Positions 1 to 10,489 are shown, numbered from the whole stretch's first letter. The stretch is DNA of 60,830 nt, filler included, from Stramenopiles sp. TOSAG23-3 (GCA_900128585.1; 6 parts of 6 records of this genome joined end to end with filler, not necessarily neighbours in it), one strand, 5' to 3'. Program-made: numbers and translations. The notes: a model not told the origin generated them from the sequence alone.

Positions 1-280
1 TGTAACACTAACTCCCTGCTAGTTTTTTAATTGAAAAAAAGTTCACACATATACACACATACACACATACAAACACCCTCTTCTTCTTCTCTATATCATC
101 TTCTATCTTCTTCTCTTCTTCTTCTTTTTTTTCATCAACAATTTTATGGGCGCCACTTCCATATCTTTTTTGGAACTTTAAACCCATTGTTCGTAATGAA
201 TGTTTCAAGTTTTGAAATGTATCTCTGCAAACGATAGTCTATATTGTTGGATCTGTCTTCGCACAGTAGGACATAAACCT

Positions 281-854
281 ATGTCTCGTTGTACTAGATA
301 TGGAAATGGCGCGGCGTGCGTATACAGTGGGAGTTGCACCTGCGGGGCCATTACCTACAGGATAAAAAACGGCAATGCCAGCAGGCAGCCTCCCATTCGG
401 AAAGTAGACATATGCCACTGTTCACAGTGTAAGGAAGAATCAAAAACCTACAAAGATGAGCGTTTATTAGAGAATCCTGGAGCACCGTGGATGGCAGTTC
501 CTCGCGCGGGACTTCAGTTTATTTTTGGTAGCTCGTTGCAAAAAGAGCATTTTTGCGGAAAGGGGATCCTGCCAAGACTGCGGGGACCCGTTGTACATAC
601 AGTATGATTGTGAAAAGCACACGACAATGGTTCACATGGAAACGTTAAAATCCCCACCGATGGAAAGTATTGCTTCACAGATCGTCTTTAATCACATTCA
701 TTGCAAAAGCGAGCTTGAAGAAGATTCCAAAGGCAATGCTATTTACAGCGAAAGCCAAAGTTGGGAGCCCGACCCGTGCAGACCACAGGGGGTGCCAGTT
801 CCAGAATTGTGTTATGAATGTTTTCAATTGTTAGATTCTTGCAAATGTGCTTAA
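281..854 (+). CDS. GFA / CENP-V (Mss4-like zinc-binding) family protein, split by a frameshift near 520-550
   Basis: Frame 1 gives YSGSCTCGAITY and ICHCSQC; frame 2 continues with AERGSCQDCGDPL and HIHCKS. Together these form the GFA Cys pattern. The frames overlap at T/A runs (517-547). Confidence 0.75.
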
Positions 855-1222
855 ACGAATAATTTTTCCAAAACCTCTTCTGTAGAGTATTATGATTGCC
901 TTAAATAAAAAAATTCACTAAGTACTTTTTTTTAAAAAACAAAACATTTTGCATGTTATATTTTTTCAGAACAACCAAGTACTCCTCCTCCTCGTACTTT
1001 AATACTTACTGAACATCGTATCTTACTTTCCTTCGTGCTTACCACGGAAATCGTAAATGAAAGATTTTACAAAATCATATAAAAGAATCAAAGTTCTTTT
1101 TAGTTCAATCATAAATAATTAGATTTGGATACATACCAAAACACGCAAAGATAGAATGAATCGAGGAAGCAACAGCAACAACTGTGATATTAATACCCGA
1201 GAATGCAGACAGAGCCAGTCCT

Positions 1223-1630
1223 TTATAGAAAGAAATATTGCTTCGCTGCTATATATGACGACTTCATCTCGTAAGCATAAGGAATGTAGTGGTGTGGGCA
1301 AAAATTAGACAATGCCTCCTTGGATAAGACGTAAGGCAGGATCACATACAACATTGTCAACGCAATCAAAGAAACGATGAGTGTCAAAAATGTGTAAAGC
1401 ACACAGCCCCCGGCCTCCCAGAACTTTTTCCCTTGATTTACAACATACACCCCGTTTGTGTATTCCAAAATAGAAAACAACCTCGTTCTGCTAAAATAAC
1501 CCGTGCTGGATTTTTCCCCTTCTCCCTTCTCGTTTTCTTCCTGCTGACCCCCCGGGCCCCAGACTACTAAGGCTAGGGTGGCGACTGCAACAGAGAAGCC
1601 AACAAGTACGAATCGCAAGGGGCACGGCAT
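1223..1630 (-). CDS. Small membrane protein with MxCPLRF N-terminus (uncharacterised conserved family)
   Basis: MPCPLRFVLVGFSVAVA hydrophobic N-terminus, LEYTNGVYV motif and a second hydrophobic helix. Resembles small plant/algal 'MCPLRFILVFFSA' proteins. Confidence 0.65.
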   Translation of the reverse strand: MPCPLRFVLVGFSVAVATLALVVWGPGGQQEENEKGEGEKSSTGYFSRTRLFSILEYTNGVYVVNQGKKFWEAGGCVLYTFLTLIVSLIALTMLYVILPYVLSKEALSNFCPHHYIPYAYEMKSSYIAAKQYFFL

Positions 1631-1859
1631 AGTAGCCTCTTACCACCCCCCCGTCTTTAGAAAAACTTGAATCCACACGCCAAACGGCTTGAAAATTAAA
1701 ATGAGAAATTTACCGAGCGGTGGGTATCCCCGATAAAAAATGGGGGAGAAAAGGTCCTCTTTCAATCTTTGAAAATCCACCAGCGATCATCCAAACCTGA
1801 AAAACAATGTTCGCACGGTTAACAATTCGATACAAAGTTTACCGATAAAAGTAATACTG

Positions 1860-1980
1860 GAAGGGAGAAGAGAGAAGGGAAAAGAAGAAGAATAGAAAAA
1901 GAAGAAAAAAAAACGACGTGATGATGATGATGGATGAAAAAAAAAATGAGAAAAAAAAAAGAAGAAGAAGAAGAAGAAAA
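1860..1980. repeat. GAA/A-rich purine tract in divergent intergenic region
   Basis: gaagaagaagaag runs and poly-A seen directly. Confidence 0.8.
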
Positions 1981-3235
1981 ACGATGTACCGTACCAGTAC
2001 TGGTACCTGTATATTAATACTTGTACGACAGATCTCAGCATATTCAGCAGCCATTATTTTAAAATTTAATAACTGTTTATAATGAATGTACTAGTCTACT
2101 ACCGTAGACAATTAGACTAGTCAAATTAAAATGTACAATACTCCTCGTACGCTAAAATAGAAGACTGACTAAATGTAATAATCCAGAAGGAGAAGAAAAG
2201 ACTAATAAAATATTAATAATAAATGTCACTGGTATTATTGTATTATACCGTAGTACAGTAGTAAAGATTGTAATTAATAAGTAAATGAAGAAGGAGTAAG
2301 AAGTCTGAAACTTAAAAAAACAATTACGAATATTGATAGAGAATATACTATGGTTAGAATACCTCTTCTAAATAAAATAGACACTAAAAATATACGTTGT
2401 TTTTTAAGAAGAAGGAAGATGAAGGAAGGGTCCATCATTTTAATACTATTTTATTATTAGGCTATTTACATTAAAATATCTATACACATTATACTAGTAT
2501 TATTAGAGCTAATATAAATTAATTAATTAATTAATTATTGCCAATAAAAAATCAGCAGAGATAACATAAAAAAATAACGTTCATTATATTATTTGCTCTG
2601 TTTATGTAAATTATATCAACTAGGTAAATTTAAGTACATTATTTATGTATTCTTCAATAAAAAAATCTTTTTTGCGAGTCTTGAATTTTAAATCGTACCT
2701 CTATCGATACTAACTAACTACACTTTAGAACGACTATGAAGTAAGAAAGTAATTAACTAAGAAAGTAGAAGTAACAAATCTGAAATCAATAAATATTATT
2801 ACAGGTATTATTATATTTTTTATATCTAATACGATTTTGTTTTAATATTTATAATAGGCACATAGTACAGTAGCATAACACACACTTGATGATGACGTTG
2901 GTTTTTTTTCATCCGGGGAGGAGATGATGATGGTCTGTTTATTATTAGTACTCTTCTGGACAGGTTTAATTATAATATAGACTTTCAGTTATAGACGACT
3001 ATTTAAATTACCAACCTTCTGATAACGATGGGACTAAAAGTAGAAATGATTTAAACAAACTATTATGTACTTGACAAGAAAAGGCATCGTGTACAAATTT
3101 ATGATTTAAGATTGAATTGTGCAAAAATTTTTTACGGGTTGTGAGTTTGGATCATACGGTGTACATTGTATAGTACAAGATTGGTCGTGTGTAGAAAAAG
3201 TTCTGTCTTTCTGGAGAACGAACGTACAGTCAAAA

Positions 3236-5557
3236 ATGGCTTCCAAGTACGACGATAGGTTTGAAGTTCAGTCAGAAGGAAAGTATGGGGAAGAGAATGC
3301 TGGGAGTAAATTCGACGAAGGCAATAGTAGACGGCGTGCGCCGCCGCCGGCGCGAAAGCCGCCTCCCTCTGGCAAAGGGAGGGTTCTTCCACCCCCGTCT
3401 GGAACCAGGCCCGGGCACCTTTCGGCCGTTAGTCGGGCGAGGCTGAAGTACGCCAAACCGCCGAGCAACAAACCCGCGCCCGCGGGTGCAGCCGCCAGGG
3501 CAGAGTATCGTCGCATTGCGATGCAGAAAAAACAGGCCCAAGAAGCCGCAAAGAAGAAAGACGACGAGGAGAACCAACGGTCCCACAACTACGAACAACC
3601 CGCGCCCACGTACTCGTCCAAAGTGGCCGACGACGAAGAGGAAGAGGGGTACGGGGACAATATCATCGAGTCCAGGAGTTTCCCTGCCGACTTGCCCCCT
3701 TCCGAGGACGACGAAGAGAACGACTCTTACGAAGTGGATGAGATCGATGACGATGCCTGGCGAATGACTTCGTCGAAATCGGGCGGGCGCAACAAGAGCG
3801 CCTCGTCCCGGCAACGGTCTCCGAAGTCCAACGAATTCTTTTCGGACGACGATGGCGACAGTGATGGGTTTTATATTCCAGACTTGAACGAAGTCGACCA
3901 CGACGACCTGAAGGAGGAATTTGGCCTTGATTCGTGGGCGGACAAAAACAAAAGGGGGAGGGGGGGAGACCGAGGAAAGCGGACCCCCCAAAAGCAGCGG
4001 AGCCAGAACAATTCTAACGGCCGAGCCAGGGGAAAAGTTCTCTCGAGCAAAAAGGTGCTGAAGCAGCAGCCCGAAGGGTACTTTGAAGACGACGACGACG
4101 TAGAAGAATTTGGGGCCCCGCGCAATAGCGCGACGGACGACGGGACCGTTGCTTATGATTTGTCGCCTCAACACAGAGAGCGGCAGATGGAGATTAGCGT
4201 TGGTGATACGGTGGAGGCAAAGGCAAGGGGTTGGTTGAGATTTTACGGGGGGGTGGTGAGCAACGTGGACCACCGCGCAGGGACATATGAAGTAAGTTTT
4301 CATGATGGCGAGGTGAAGGGTGGCATTCCTCCCAGCGACATTGTGCTGATAAATCAGGCCAACGAAAAGAAAAACGGGCCGGCACCACGACGAACCAACA
4401 GCAGCTTGACGGAGCGGTCGTCCCCGAAGCTGAACGAAACGAACCTTAATGGTGTCGAAACGTTGATTTCAGACGATGCAAGAAAACGGCGCCCAGATGC
4501 GATGAGGGGGTTGACGACCGGGCATGATCCAGAGGGGAAAGTACAAGGTCCCGCGCAAGTGGAATCGCCGAAAGGCTCCTCCACCGAGCCGCGGGGTACG
4601 AAACGCGACAAGATGACGTCGTACAACGTAGGCCTTGTTCCGACGCGCCGCAGCGATCTGTTTAAATTTCTTGTGCTGCCACCCTACAAGGGTGTAAACA
4701 AAAACATTCGTTGCTACATTATACGCCATCGTTCAGGGGCGAATCGGTTCAACCCGCTGTATACATTTCACGTCGAACAGAACGGCAAAAAGAACTCCAG
4801 GCAACTGATGGTTGCACAAAAGCTAATGGGGTGCACCAGCACCAACTTTTTGATATCACTAGACCGGGAAGACATGGGTAAGTCGTACAATAGTCGCAGC
4901 AAATGGTACATGGGAAAATTGCAAGCAAAGAAGGGCACAGACGAGTTTGTTTTGTACGATCGAGGAATGAACCCAACCGACCTTGTGGACCTGGTAAAGT
5001 CCACCAAGTGGGAAATGAAAGAAAGTGCAGCGCGCAGAGAAATGGCCACGGTTGTCTACAACAGAAAGAAAGACGTCGCGAAGTCGCGAAGGATGGAGGT
5101 GTCTTTGCCTGCCGTTGTTCGAGACGATGGGAAAACTGTGACCGAAGCTCAGTTTCGCCCGTTTACCGATGAAGACAGCATGTACAAATTATTCAGCGAG
5201 GTAAGAGAAGAAGGGAAACAGAACGTGAAGGCGACCGAGCGTATTTTGTGCTTGCAGAATAGAATGTTCAGCGCTGGTAAAACCAGTATCTTGAGCGACT
5301 TCAAAGGCCGTGCGAACGAAACGAGTGTAAAGAATTTTCAGTTGTGCGTTAGCTATCCATCTTCCTCGGAAAATCACACCAAGTTTATGGAGACCAAGCT
5401 GGGGAAAGCGGAAAGGCTGGACCCCGAGCGGGTGTTGCTTCAACTTGGAAGAGACTCGGAGCGTTTTAACGTTGATTTTACATACCCGATGTCTTTTTTT
5501 GCGGCATTCGGTATCTGCTTGACGCGTTTTGCAACAAAAGCGGTAGAAGATTTTTAA
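3236..5557 (+). CDS. Tubby-like protein with internal Tudor/Agenet-like domain
   Basis: C-terminal Tubby motifs (IRCYIIR, TNFLISLD, YMGKL, SVKNFQL, FNVDFTYPMSFFAAFGICLTRF). Internal VGDTVEAK..GWLRFYGGVV...TYEVSFHDGE resembles Tudor/Agenet. First ATG in the ORF is at 3236. Confidence 0.88.
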   Translation: MASKYDDRFEVQSEGKYGEENAGSKFDEGNSRRRAPPPARKPPPSGKGRVLPPPSGTRPGHLSAVSRARLKYAKPPSNKPAPAGAAARAEYRRIAMQKKQAQEAAKKKDDEENQRSHNYEQPAPTYSSKVADDEEEEGYGDNIIESRSFPADLPPSEDDEENDSYEVDEIDDDAWRMTSSKSGGRNKSASSRQRSPKSNEFFSDDDGDSDGFYIPDLNEVDHDDLKEEFGLDSWADKNKRGRGGDRGKRTPQKQRSQNNSNGRARGKVLSSKKVLKQQPEGYFEDDDDVEEFGAPRNSATDDGTVAYDLSPQHRERQMEISVGDTVEAKARGWLRFYGGVVSNVDHRAGTYEVSFHDGEVKGGIPPSDIVLINQANEKKNGPAPRRTNSSLTERSSPKLNETNLNGVETLISDDARKRRPDAMRGLTTGHDPEGKVQGPAQVESPKGSSTEPRGTKRDKMTSYNVGLVPTRRSDLFKFLVLPPYKGVNKNIRCYIIRHRSGANRFNPLYTFHVEQNGKKNSRQLMVAQKLMGCTSTNFLISLDREDMGKSYNSRSKWYMGKLQAKKGTDEFVLYDRGMNPTDLVDLVKSTKWEMKESAARREMATVVYNRKKDVAKSRRMEVSLPAVVRDDGKTVTEAQFRPFTDEDSMYKLFSEVREEGKQNVKATERILCLQNRMFSAGKTSILSDFKGRANETSVKNFQLCVSYPSSSENHTKFMETKLGKAERLDPERVLLQLGRDSERFNVDFTYPMSFFAAFGICLTRFATKAVEDF

Positions 5558-5982
5558 GACGTAAATACATCGAAGCACCAAAGGAAAAAAATTAAGCATC
5601 ATTTTCTCTGTTCTTGAGAACCCGAAGTTAAAAACTTTATACCGCTTAAATATGATACCTTCAAATAACAGCCATTATTTTTGTTAAAAAAAAAGAATAC
5701 TTCTCGTAGGATAAGATGACATTACACATTAACACGACACATTATTTTAACTTACAGCTAAAAACAAAAAATTGGCGCTGTTATTGAAAAAGTGTTTTTT
5801 TATTTTCAAGTTAATTAAAAATTTATCTCATTCACGAGTGAGATATCGGATGAGGAAGTTGACTAGGGGGTCTTTTGACAACGACGCAATTCCACACACC
5901 GATTCGGATCATGCATGGAGTACACATGAGAATGATAATCAAGTCTAAGTGACAAGGGTATTATTGATTTAGTAACATCTCA

Positions 5983-6262
5983 GGAGCAGAGATAACTTCG
6001 CAGTTTATGAAGAAGACAAATTTTAAAAACAAGAAAATTGGCTGTTATTTAAGTAACATAATTAAAATTAATGTACTGCAAACTGAACTCTAAATGAAGA
6101 AGATAAGTTTTCAGTTCGCAGTACATTCAGTTCGCAGTACATTAATACTTTAAATAAAACAGCCAATTTTTCTTGTACTTAAATTTTAATTACTTAAAAT
6201 AACAGCCAATTTTTTGTTTTTAAATTTATCTTCCTCATGTACCGCGAAATTGGATCTGCTCC
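5983..6262. repeat. ~280-bp imperfect inverted repeat built from the AAAACAAGAAAATTGGCTGTTATTTAAG family
   Basis: Left arm ggagcagagataacttcgcag...aaaacaagaaaattggctgttatttaagtaa matches the reverse complement of the right arm ending ...gatctgctcc. Inner arms aattaatgtactgcaaactgaa / ttcagttcgcagtacattaat. A 16-bp tandem duplication lies at 6111-6142. Confidence 0.85.
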
Positions 6263-6463
6263 TTTTGTCCATGAAAGTAGCTATATGTCCAGAGTTTGGC
6301 TTTTTTTTATATAAACAAGAAAATTGGCTGTTTTTTTATATAAATCGTAATTGATATAAAATGAAAACATACTATATAAATTTGTTTTTTTAATCGTATA
6401 CGTCCCAGGACTTAACTCCCAAATTAATCTATTTTCCTTATCTTTCACCCCCACCACCCCACT

Positions 6464-9400
6464 CTAAAGGTCGTACGTCCCACACTCTTCGGGGCGATAC
6501 ATCCTTGTAATTACCGACAGATGGTTAATCACAGTACCACCCGACGACGAACCCAACTTGATGGTGTACTTCTTCTTTGGGCGGAAGGCACGCTTTTTCT
6601 CCCGGTCTCGTTTACGATTGCACTCCAAGCACACCAGTTTGTTGTCCATAGACTGCTCCATCATCTCTTCTATGTCCTCAAATTCCAACTTGGACAGTTT
6701 TGTTCGGGTATAACCGCTCAGGCCTTTGTAAGTTTGGCAGTACATGCAGCGTAACTTTTTGGCTTGTAATTTTCTTGCAGATGGGCGACGTTTGTAAGCC
6801 TTTTCTAAGCCGTAACCTCGGACCTGCAGCGCTATTTTTCCTCGTCTTTCAAGCAAGTACACTTTGATAACATTCACCACGGGTGAAGCTATGCCACAGT
6901 TTTGTATGTCCAAAAGCATCAGCGTATCGTTCTTCAGTATCGTTTGCATGTTCTTTTGCAAATAATTTGCCCCAAAGGTAATTTTTTTATTGTCCTTAAG
7001 GACCAAACGCCTCAAATACTTGGAACTTGCGAGCCCATCAAATATTTTCATTGCGCCTTCGTAACCTATCCCCGTGTTCGTTAAATCCAGCGACTTTAGT
7101 TTTCCGTTGTTTCCCCCGATGAACTTTGCAAAGATCTTCGCCCCTGCATCACCAATATTGTCGCCGCAAAGGGATATGTGTTCTAATGCCGTGCGCTGCC
7201 CCAATACATTTCGCAAAAGTGGAAATGCAATTCCGTCCGAGGTCAAATTGTTTCCGCCCATTTTTAGGGATGTTAGTGTAGCGTTTGTCCTGAGCGACTC
7301 TACCACAAGAGCAAGGTTCTCGTCCCCCAGGTTGTTGTTTGAAATATCTAAATCTGTGAGTGTGCCCCCCTCCCCGTTTTCAAACAAAAACACACTGAGG
7401 GCTAAGGCAGCGTCTTGTCTCTCTCCGGCTGTAGTTTTTAGTGCGATAGATTCATCGTCGCCGTCTTCTGAGCCGTCGCTCTCACTGCTGCTATCAGACA
7501 AGCTCTGTTGGCCAGTGTACATGGAATCCCCTTCCAACGACCGGATCTTGTACTCTGCGGGAACAAACCCAATTATTGGTGGTCTCTTTTTTATAGGACC
7601 CAAGATGCTGTCAACTTCGCTGTATATCTCGCTAATTACAGACTCGTCTTCGGACTCCTCTTCCGCACTGCTCCCGTTTTCGGCTGCATGCACTGCTGCC
7701 TCTAGTTCTCGCTGTTCTTCCTCTGCGATGAGAATCTTTTCCAACGTATGAAGCAATTTTGGCTCGAGCTCGTCGAGCTCAGTTGCCAGCTGCCTGCATT
7801 GTTTTTCTCGATCACGAATTTTTTCATTGCGCATGCGTACACCTCGATTTGGGCGAGCAGAGCTTTTTATTCGGATTATTTCGTCTTTCAAAGACTGAAT
7901 TTCATTTTCCAACTCATGAAGCAGAACCAGCTTCCCCTCTTTTGTGGCTTCTATTGTTGCCTTGTCTTCCAATAATTTGGCAAAATTGTTGTTTCGCGCT
8001 TCTTCCGCCGCCTTTTCATCATCTTCTACTTGCCGATCTCTGTGGGAAAACAGTGTATTTGAAAGGTTCAAAGACACGAGGCTCGATTTGAACTGCAAGT
8101 GCTTCAGCAGCTTGGAAAACGCCCCCCGGTTTGCTATGGGGTTCGAAGACAGGTTCAAATGAGTTAACACTCGATTGATGTGCAAGGTCTCTGCAATACG
8201 CATAGCCCCATTGCAGGATATTTCATTATTTTCCAATTGCAGGGATACCAACTGTGGCTCATTTACAAGACGATCACTGCAGCTTTTTCCCATTTTTGCG
8301 TCTATCAATTCAGCAATTGTGATTACGCCTTCATCCCCAAACTCATTATTGCACACACGAAGCTCAGTCAGGCTACTGTTTTCTTTCAAGGCCTCCGCGA
8401 TCATAGCAATCCTTTTTGGGTTGAGCAAGATGTCACCGTACGCGTCTCCCCGCAAAGACTTTTCTTGGGCGTCCAAGTCAAGCAGTTTGAGCCCCCGGTG
8501 TCGCCTTAAACCTTTGGCGAGTTCATCCACAAGCTTGTCGCACATATGGAGCTCACAAAGGCGCAACGTATCCAAACGGCAAGGGTGCGCCCCTGTACCA
8601 AAAACAGATGTCCGCATTACCATTTCCGACGCAACAAACGCACCAATATTCCCCGTGCATGTTGACACCTTTAATTTCCGGACCTTGTTCTGCAGCACGT
8701 CTCGCACTGGCATTCCACAAAAGGTTTTGAGCGTGTGCGTTGACGTCAGCGCTTTTCCGAATTCTAACGCAGTTTCTGGCTCCGTGTACACAGTTTCCAT
8801 GTTTAAGTGAAACAAGTGAGTATTTCTCGGCAATGCTTTCGCTATCCTCATCAAACCAGAAAAATCAACAGCGTGGGACTCCATGTGCTGCGAAAGTAGT
8901 GTTTCCGAAATGTCCAACTCCGTCAAATTGCAGTTTTGTTCAAGGGCTATAGCAAGCGCTCGTGCACCTTCACAGTACAGTTTGTTCCCCCGTAGGTTCA
9001 GTGCTCTCAATCGGCATTTTTTGTCCGCTATAGCACTTGCAAACCTTTCAAACCCAACGTACTCTTGACCAGTTGCCCCAGTTAATGAATTGTACGACAA
9101 ATCGATTTGCAAAATTCCACTTTGCTTCAGGCTCAAAATGTGGGAAAGTCCTCCGAGATCTCTGTGATCCAGGCCACAACAGGACAAATTGACAATTTTT
9201 AACGAGGAGAAATCGCCGTGAAGTTTAAACAATTTCTGTACCGCGGCATGCCCTTCTTCGTGTGCTTCCTCTAGACCATCCCACAAACGCCAGTCCCCCA
9301 CCGACGCGCTCTGAACATCCCGCAAAATGGGAGTGATCAAATCGTGCCGACTGCGGTTTTGCCGACTGCAGTTTTGCCGACTGCGGTTTTGGCGACTGCG

Positions 9401-10489
9401 GCTTTGACGGCTACGGCTCTGACGGCTGCGGCTTCGGCGACTGGGGCTTCCCTGGCGGCTACGGCTTCGGCGACTAGGACTTCCTTGGCGGCTAGGACAT
9501 CTCTGACGACTAGGACTTCTCTGACGACAGCGAGTTTGGTGACTGGGACTTCCCTGGCGGCTGCCGGGACTCCGATTTCGGCTGCGCCGGGAACCCGCTC
9601 TGCTCCCGAGACGACTGCGCCGACTTCCAGCACGACTGCTAAGATTTGCTCTACTATGCACGCTACTTCGACTACTGCTATAATCTGCCGTGCGTTCTCT
9701 AGAACGGGAGGAACCTTTCCCAGAATTCAATCCCAAGCTTTGCCTGCTACCGCTCTGACTTCTAAAATGCCGGCTACTAGGCGGCGTTTCGATACTGCCG
9801 AACCCCGTCCACCATTCAGGGAAGCTCTCTTCCAAGGGACCATCCGTTTTTGTGGCCTCGCCACGCCTTCCATATTGGCCTCGCTGTATTCTATCGACAA
9901 CGGGGGTTCGTGCTATTTCCATGGCTTCTTTAATATCTACAATGCCCTTCGTCTCTGTCCATTTATTCAGCTGTTTTATTGTTGGAAAAAAGTGAATACC
10001 ATCTGTGGTGAAATTACCATTTGTCGAATCTCTAAGTTTTCTGATGGCTTCCGGGACTACCGGTTCTTCGGACTTTCCAGAGCTACCGTCGTCCGAGGTG
10101 GAGGCGTGAAACAAGCCCTCAAAACCACCTGGGGACGGTGCATTTGGAGCCATCAGCGCATTTTTTGGCTTCGGGGGAGGCAGAACCAGCACTTCGGGGG
10201 GGCCACCAAACTCCGGCGGAACTACGACGCCTGAAATTTTACACCGTTTCAGCATTAACTCAAGAGTGGCCTCTGCGGAAAATGATAGACCATGGTAAGC
10301 CTTGGCAAACTGGCGCAAGTCATCCGCCTTTTCTTTTAACTCCTTTTCTTTCTCTTGCAACTTTACCCACTTATTCAAGTCTCTCATAGACCCAAAAAAA
10401 TTAACATTGTCTATGGTGAACTTGCCCTTCTTTTTTGGAGTGACGGTAGCACTCTTCTGAGACCCCTTTCGCCTCGAGCGCCGCGGCAT
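6464..10489 (-). CDS. RNI-like leucine-rich-repeat protein with Arg/Ser-rich repeats, coiled coil and C-terminal 4-Cys zinc finger
   Basis: Many LxxLxLxxNxIGDxGAxxIA repeats, an RSRQ repeat tract, and CMYC...CLEC near the C-terminus. Uninterrupted 1341-codon ORF. Confidence 0.88.
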   Translation of the reverse strand: MPRRSRRKGSQKSATVTPKKKGKFTIDNVNFFGSMRDLNKWVKLQEKEKELKEKADDLRQFAKAYHGLSFSAEATLELMLKRCKISGVVVPPEFGGPPEVLVLPPPKPKNALMAPNAPSPGGFEGLFHASTSDDGSSGKSEEPVVPEAIRKLRDSTNGNFTTDGIHFFPTIKQLNKWTETKGIVDIKEAMEIARTPVVDRIQRGQYGRRGEATKTDGPLEESFPEWWTGFGSIETPPSSRHFRSQSGSRQSLGLNSGKGSSRSRERTADYSSSRSSVHSRANLSSRAGSRRSRLGSRAGSRRSRNRSPGSRQGSPSHQTRCRQRSPSRQRCPSRQGSPSRRSRSRQGSPSRRSRSRQSRSRQSRSRQNRSRQNCSRQNRSRHDLITPILRDVQSASVGDWRLWDGLEEAHEEGHAAVQKLFKLHGDFSSLKIVNLSCCGLDHRDLGGLSHILSLKQSGILQIDLSYNSLTGATGQEYVGFERFASAIADKKCRLRALNLRGNKLYCEGARALAIALEQNCNLTELDISETLLSQHMESHAVDFSGLMRIAKALPRNTHLFHLNMETVYTEPETALEFGKALTSTHTLKTFCGMPVRDVLQNKVRKLKVSTCTGNIGAFVASEMVMRTSVFGTGAHPCRLDTLRLCELHMCDKLVDELAKGLRRHRGLKLLDLDAQEKSLRGDAYGDILLNPKRIAMIAEALKENSSLTELRVCNNEFGDEGVITIAELIDAKMGKSCSDRLVNEPQLVSLQLENNEISCNGAMRIAETLHINRVLTHLNLSSNPIANRGAFSKLLKHLQFKSSLVSLNLSNTLFSHRDRQVEDDEKAAEEARNNNFAKLLEDKATIEATKEGKLVLLHELENEIQSLKDEIIRIKSSARPNRGVRMRNEKIRDREKQCRQLATELDELEPKLLHTLEKILIAEEEQRELEAAVHAAENGSSAEEESEDESVISEIYSEVDSILGPIKKRPPIIGFVPAEYKIRSLEGDSMYTGQQSLSDSSSESDGSEDGDDESIALKTTAGERQDAALALSVFLFENGEGGTLTDLDISNNNLGDENLALVVESLRTNATLTSLKMGGNNLTSDGIAFPLLRNVLGQRTALEHISLCGDNIGDAGAKIFAKFIGGNNGKLKSLDLTNTGIGYEGAMKIFDGLASSKYLRRLVLKDNKKITFGANYLQKNMQTILKNDTLMLLDIQNCGIASPVVNVIKVYLLERRGKIALQVRGYGLEKAYKRRPSARKLQAKKLRCMYCQTYKGLSGYTRTKLSKLEFEDIEEMMEQSMDNKLVCLECNRKRDREKKRAFRPKKKYTIKLGSSSGGTVINHLSVITRMYRPEECGTYDL
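9345..9625 (-). repeat. Coding minisatellite (15-, 18- and 33-bp units) encoding RSRQ(N/S) and RQGSPSRRSRS
   Basis: gccgactgcggtttt units and cttccctggcggct units seen directly. Confidence 0.85.

Noticed and set aside
3272-4303. Long antisense ORFs over Tubby and other GC-rich genes (e.g. 7074-7751, 40044-40682, 55707-56459)
   Set aside because: They overlap well-supported genes on the opposite strand and show no domain motifs.
5660-6340. Repeat cluster as a CRISPR array
   Set aside because: Copies are in both orientations, degenerate and irregularly spaced; no cas genes; eukaryotic context.
9344-10234. 296-aa Thr/Ala-rich antisense ORF (mucin- or antifreeze-like)
   Set aside because: Shadow of the Arg/Ser repeat region of the LRR gene; no independent evidence.
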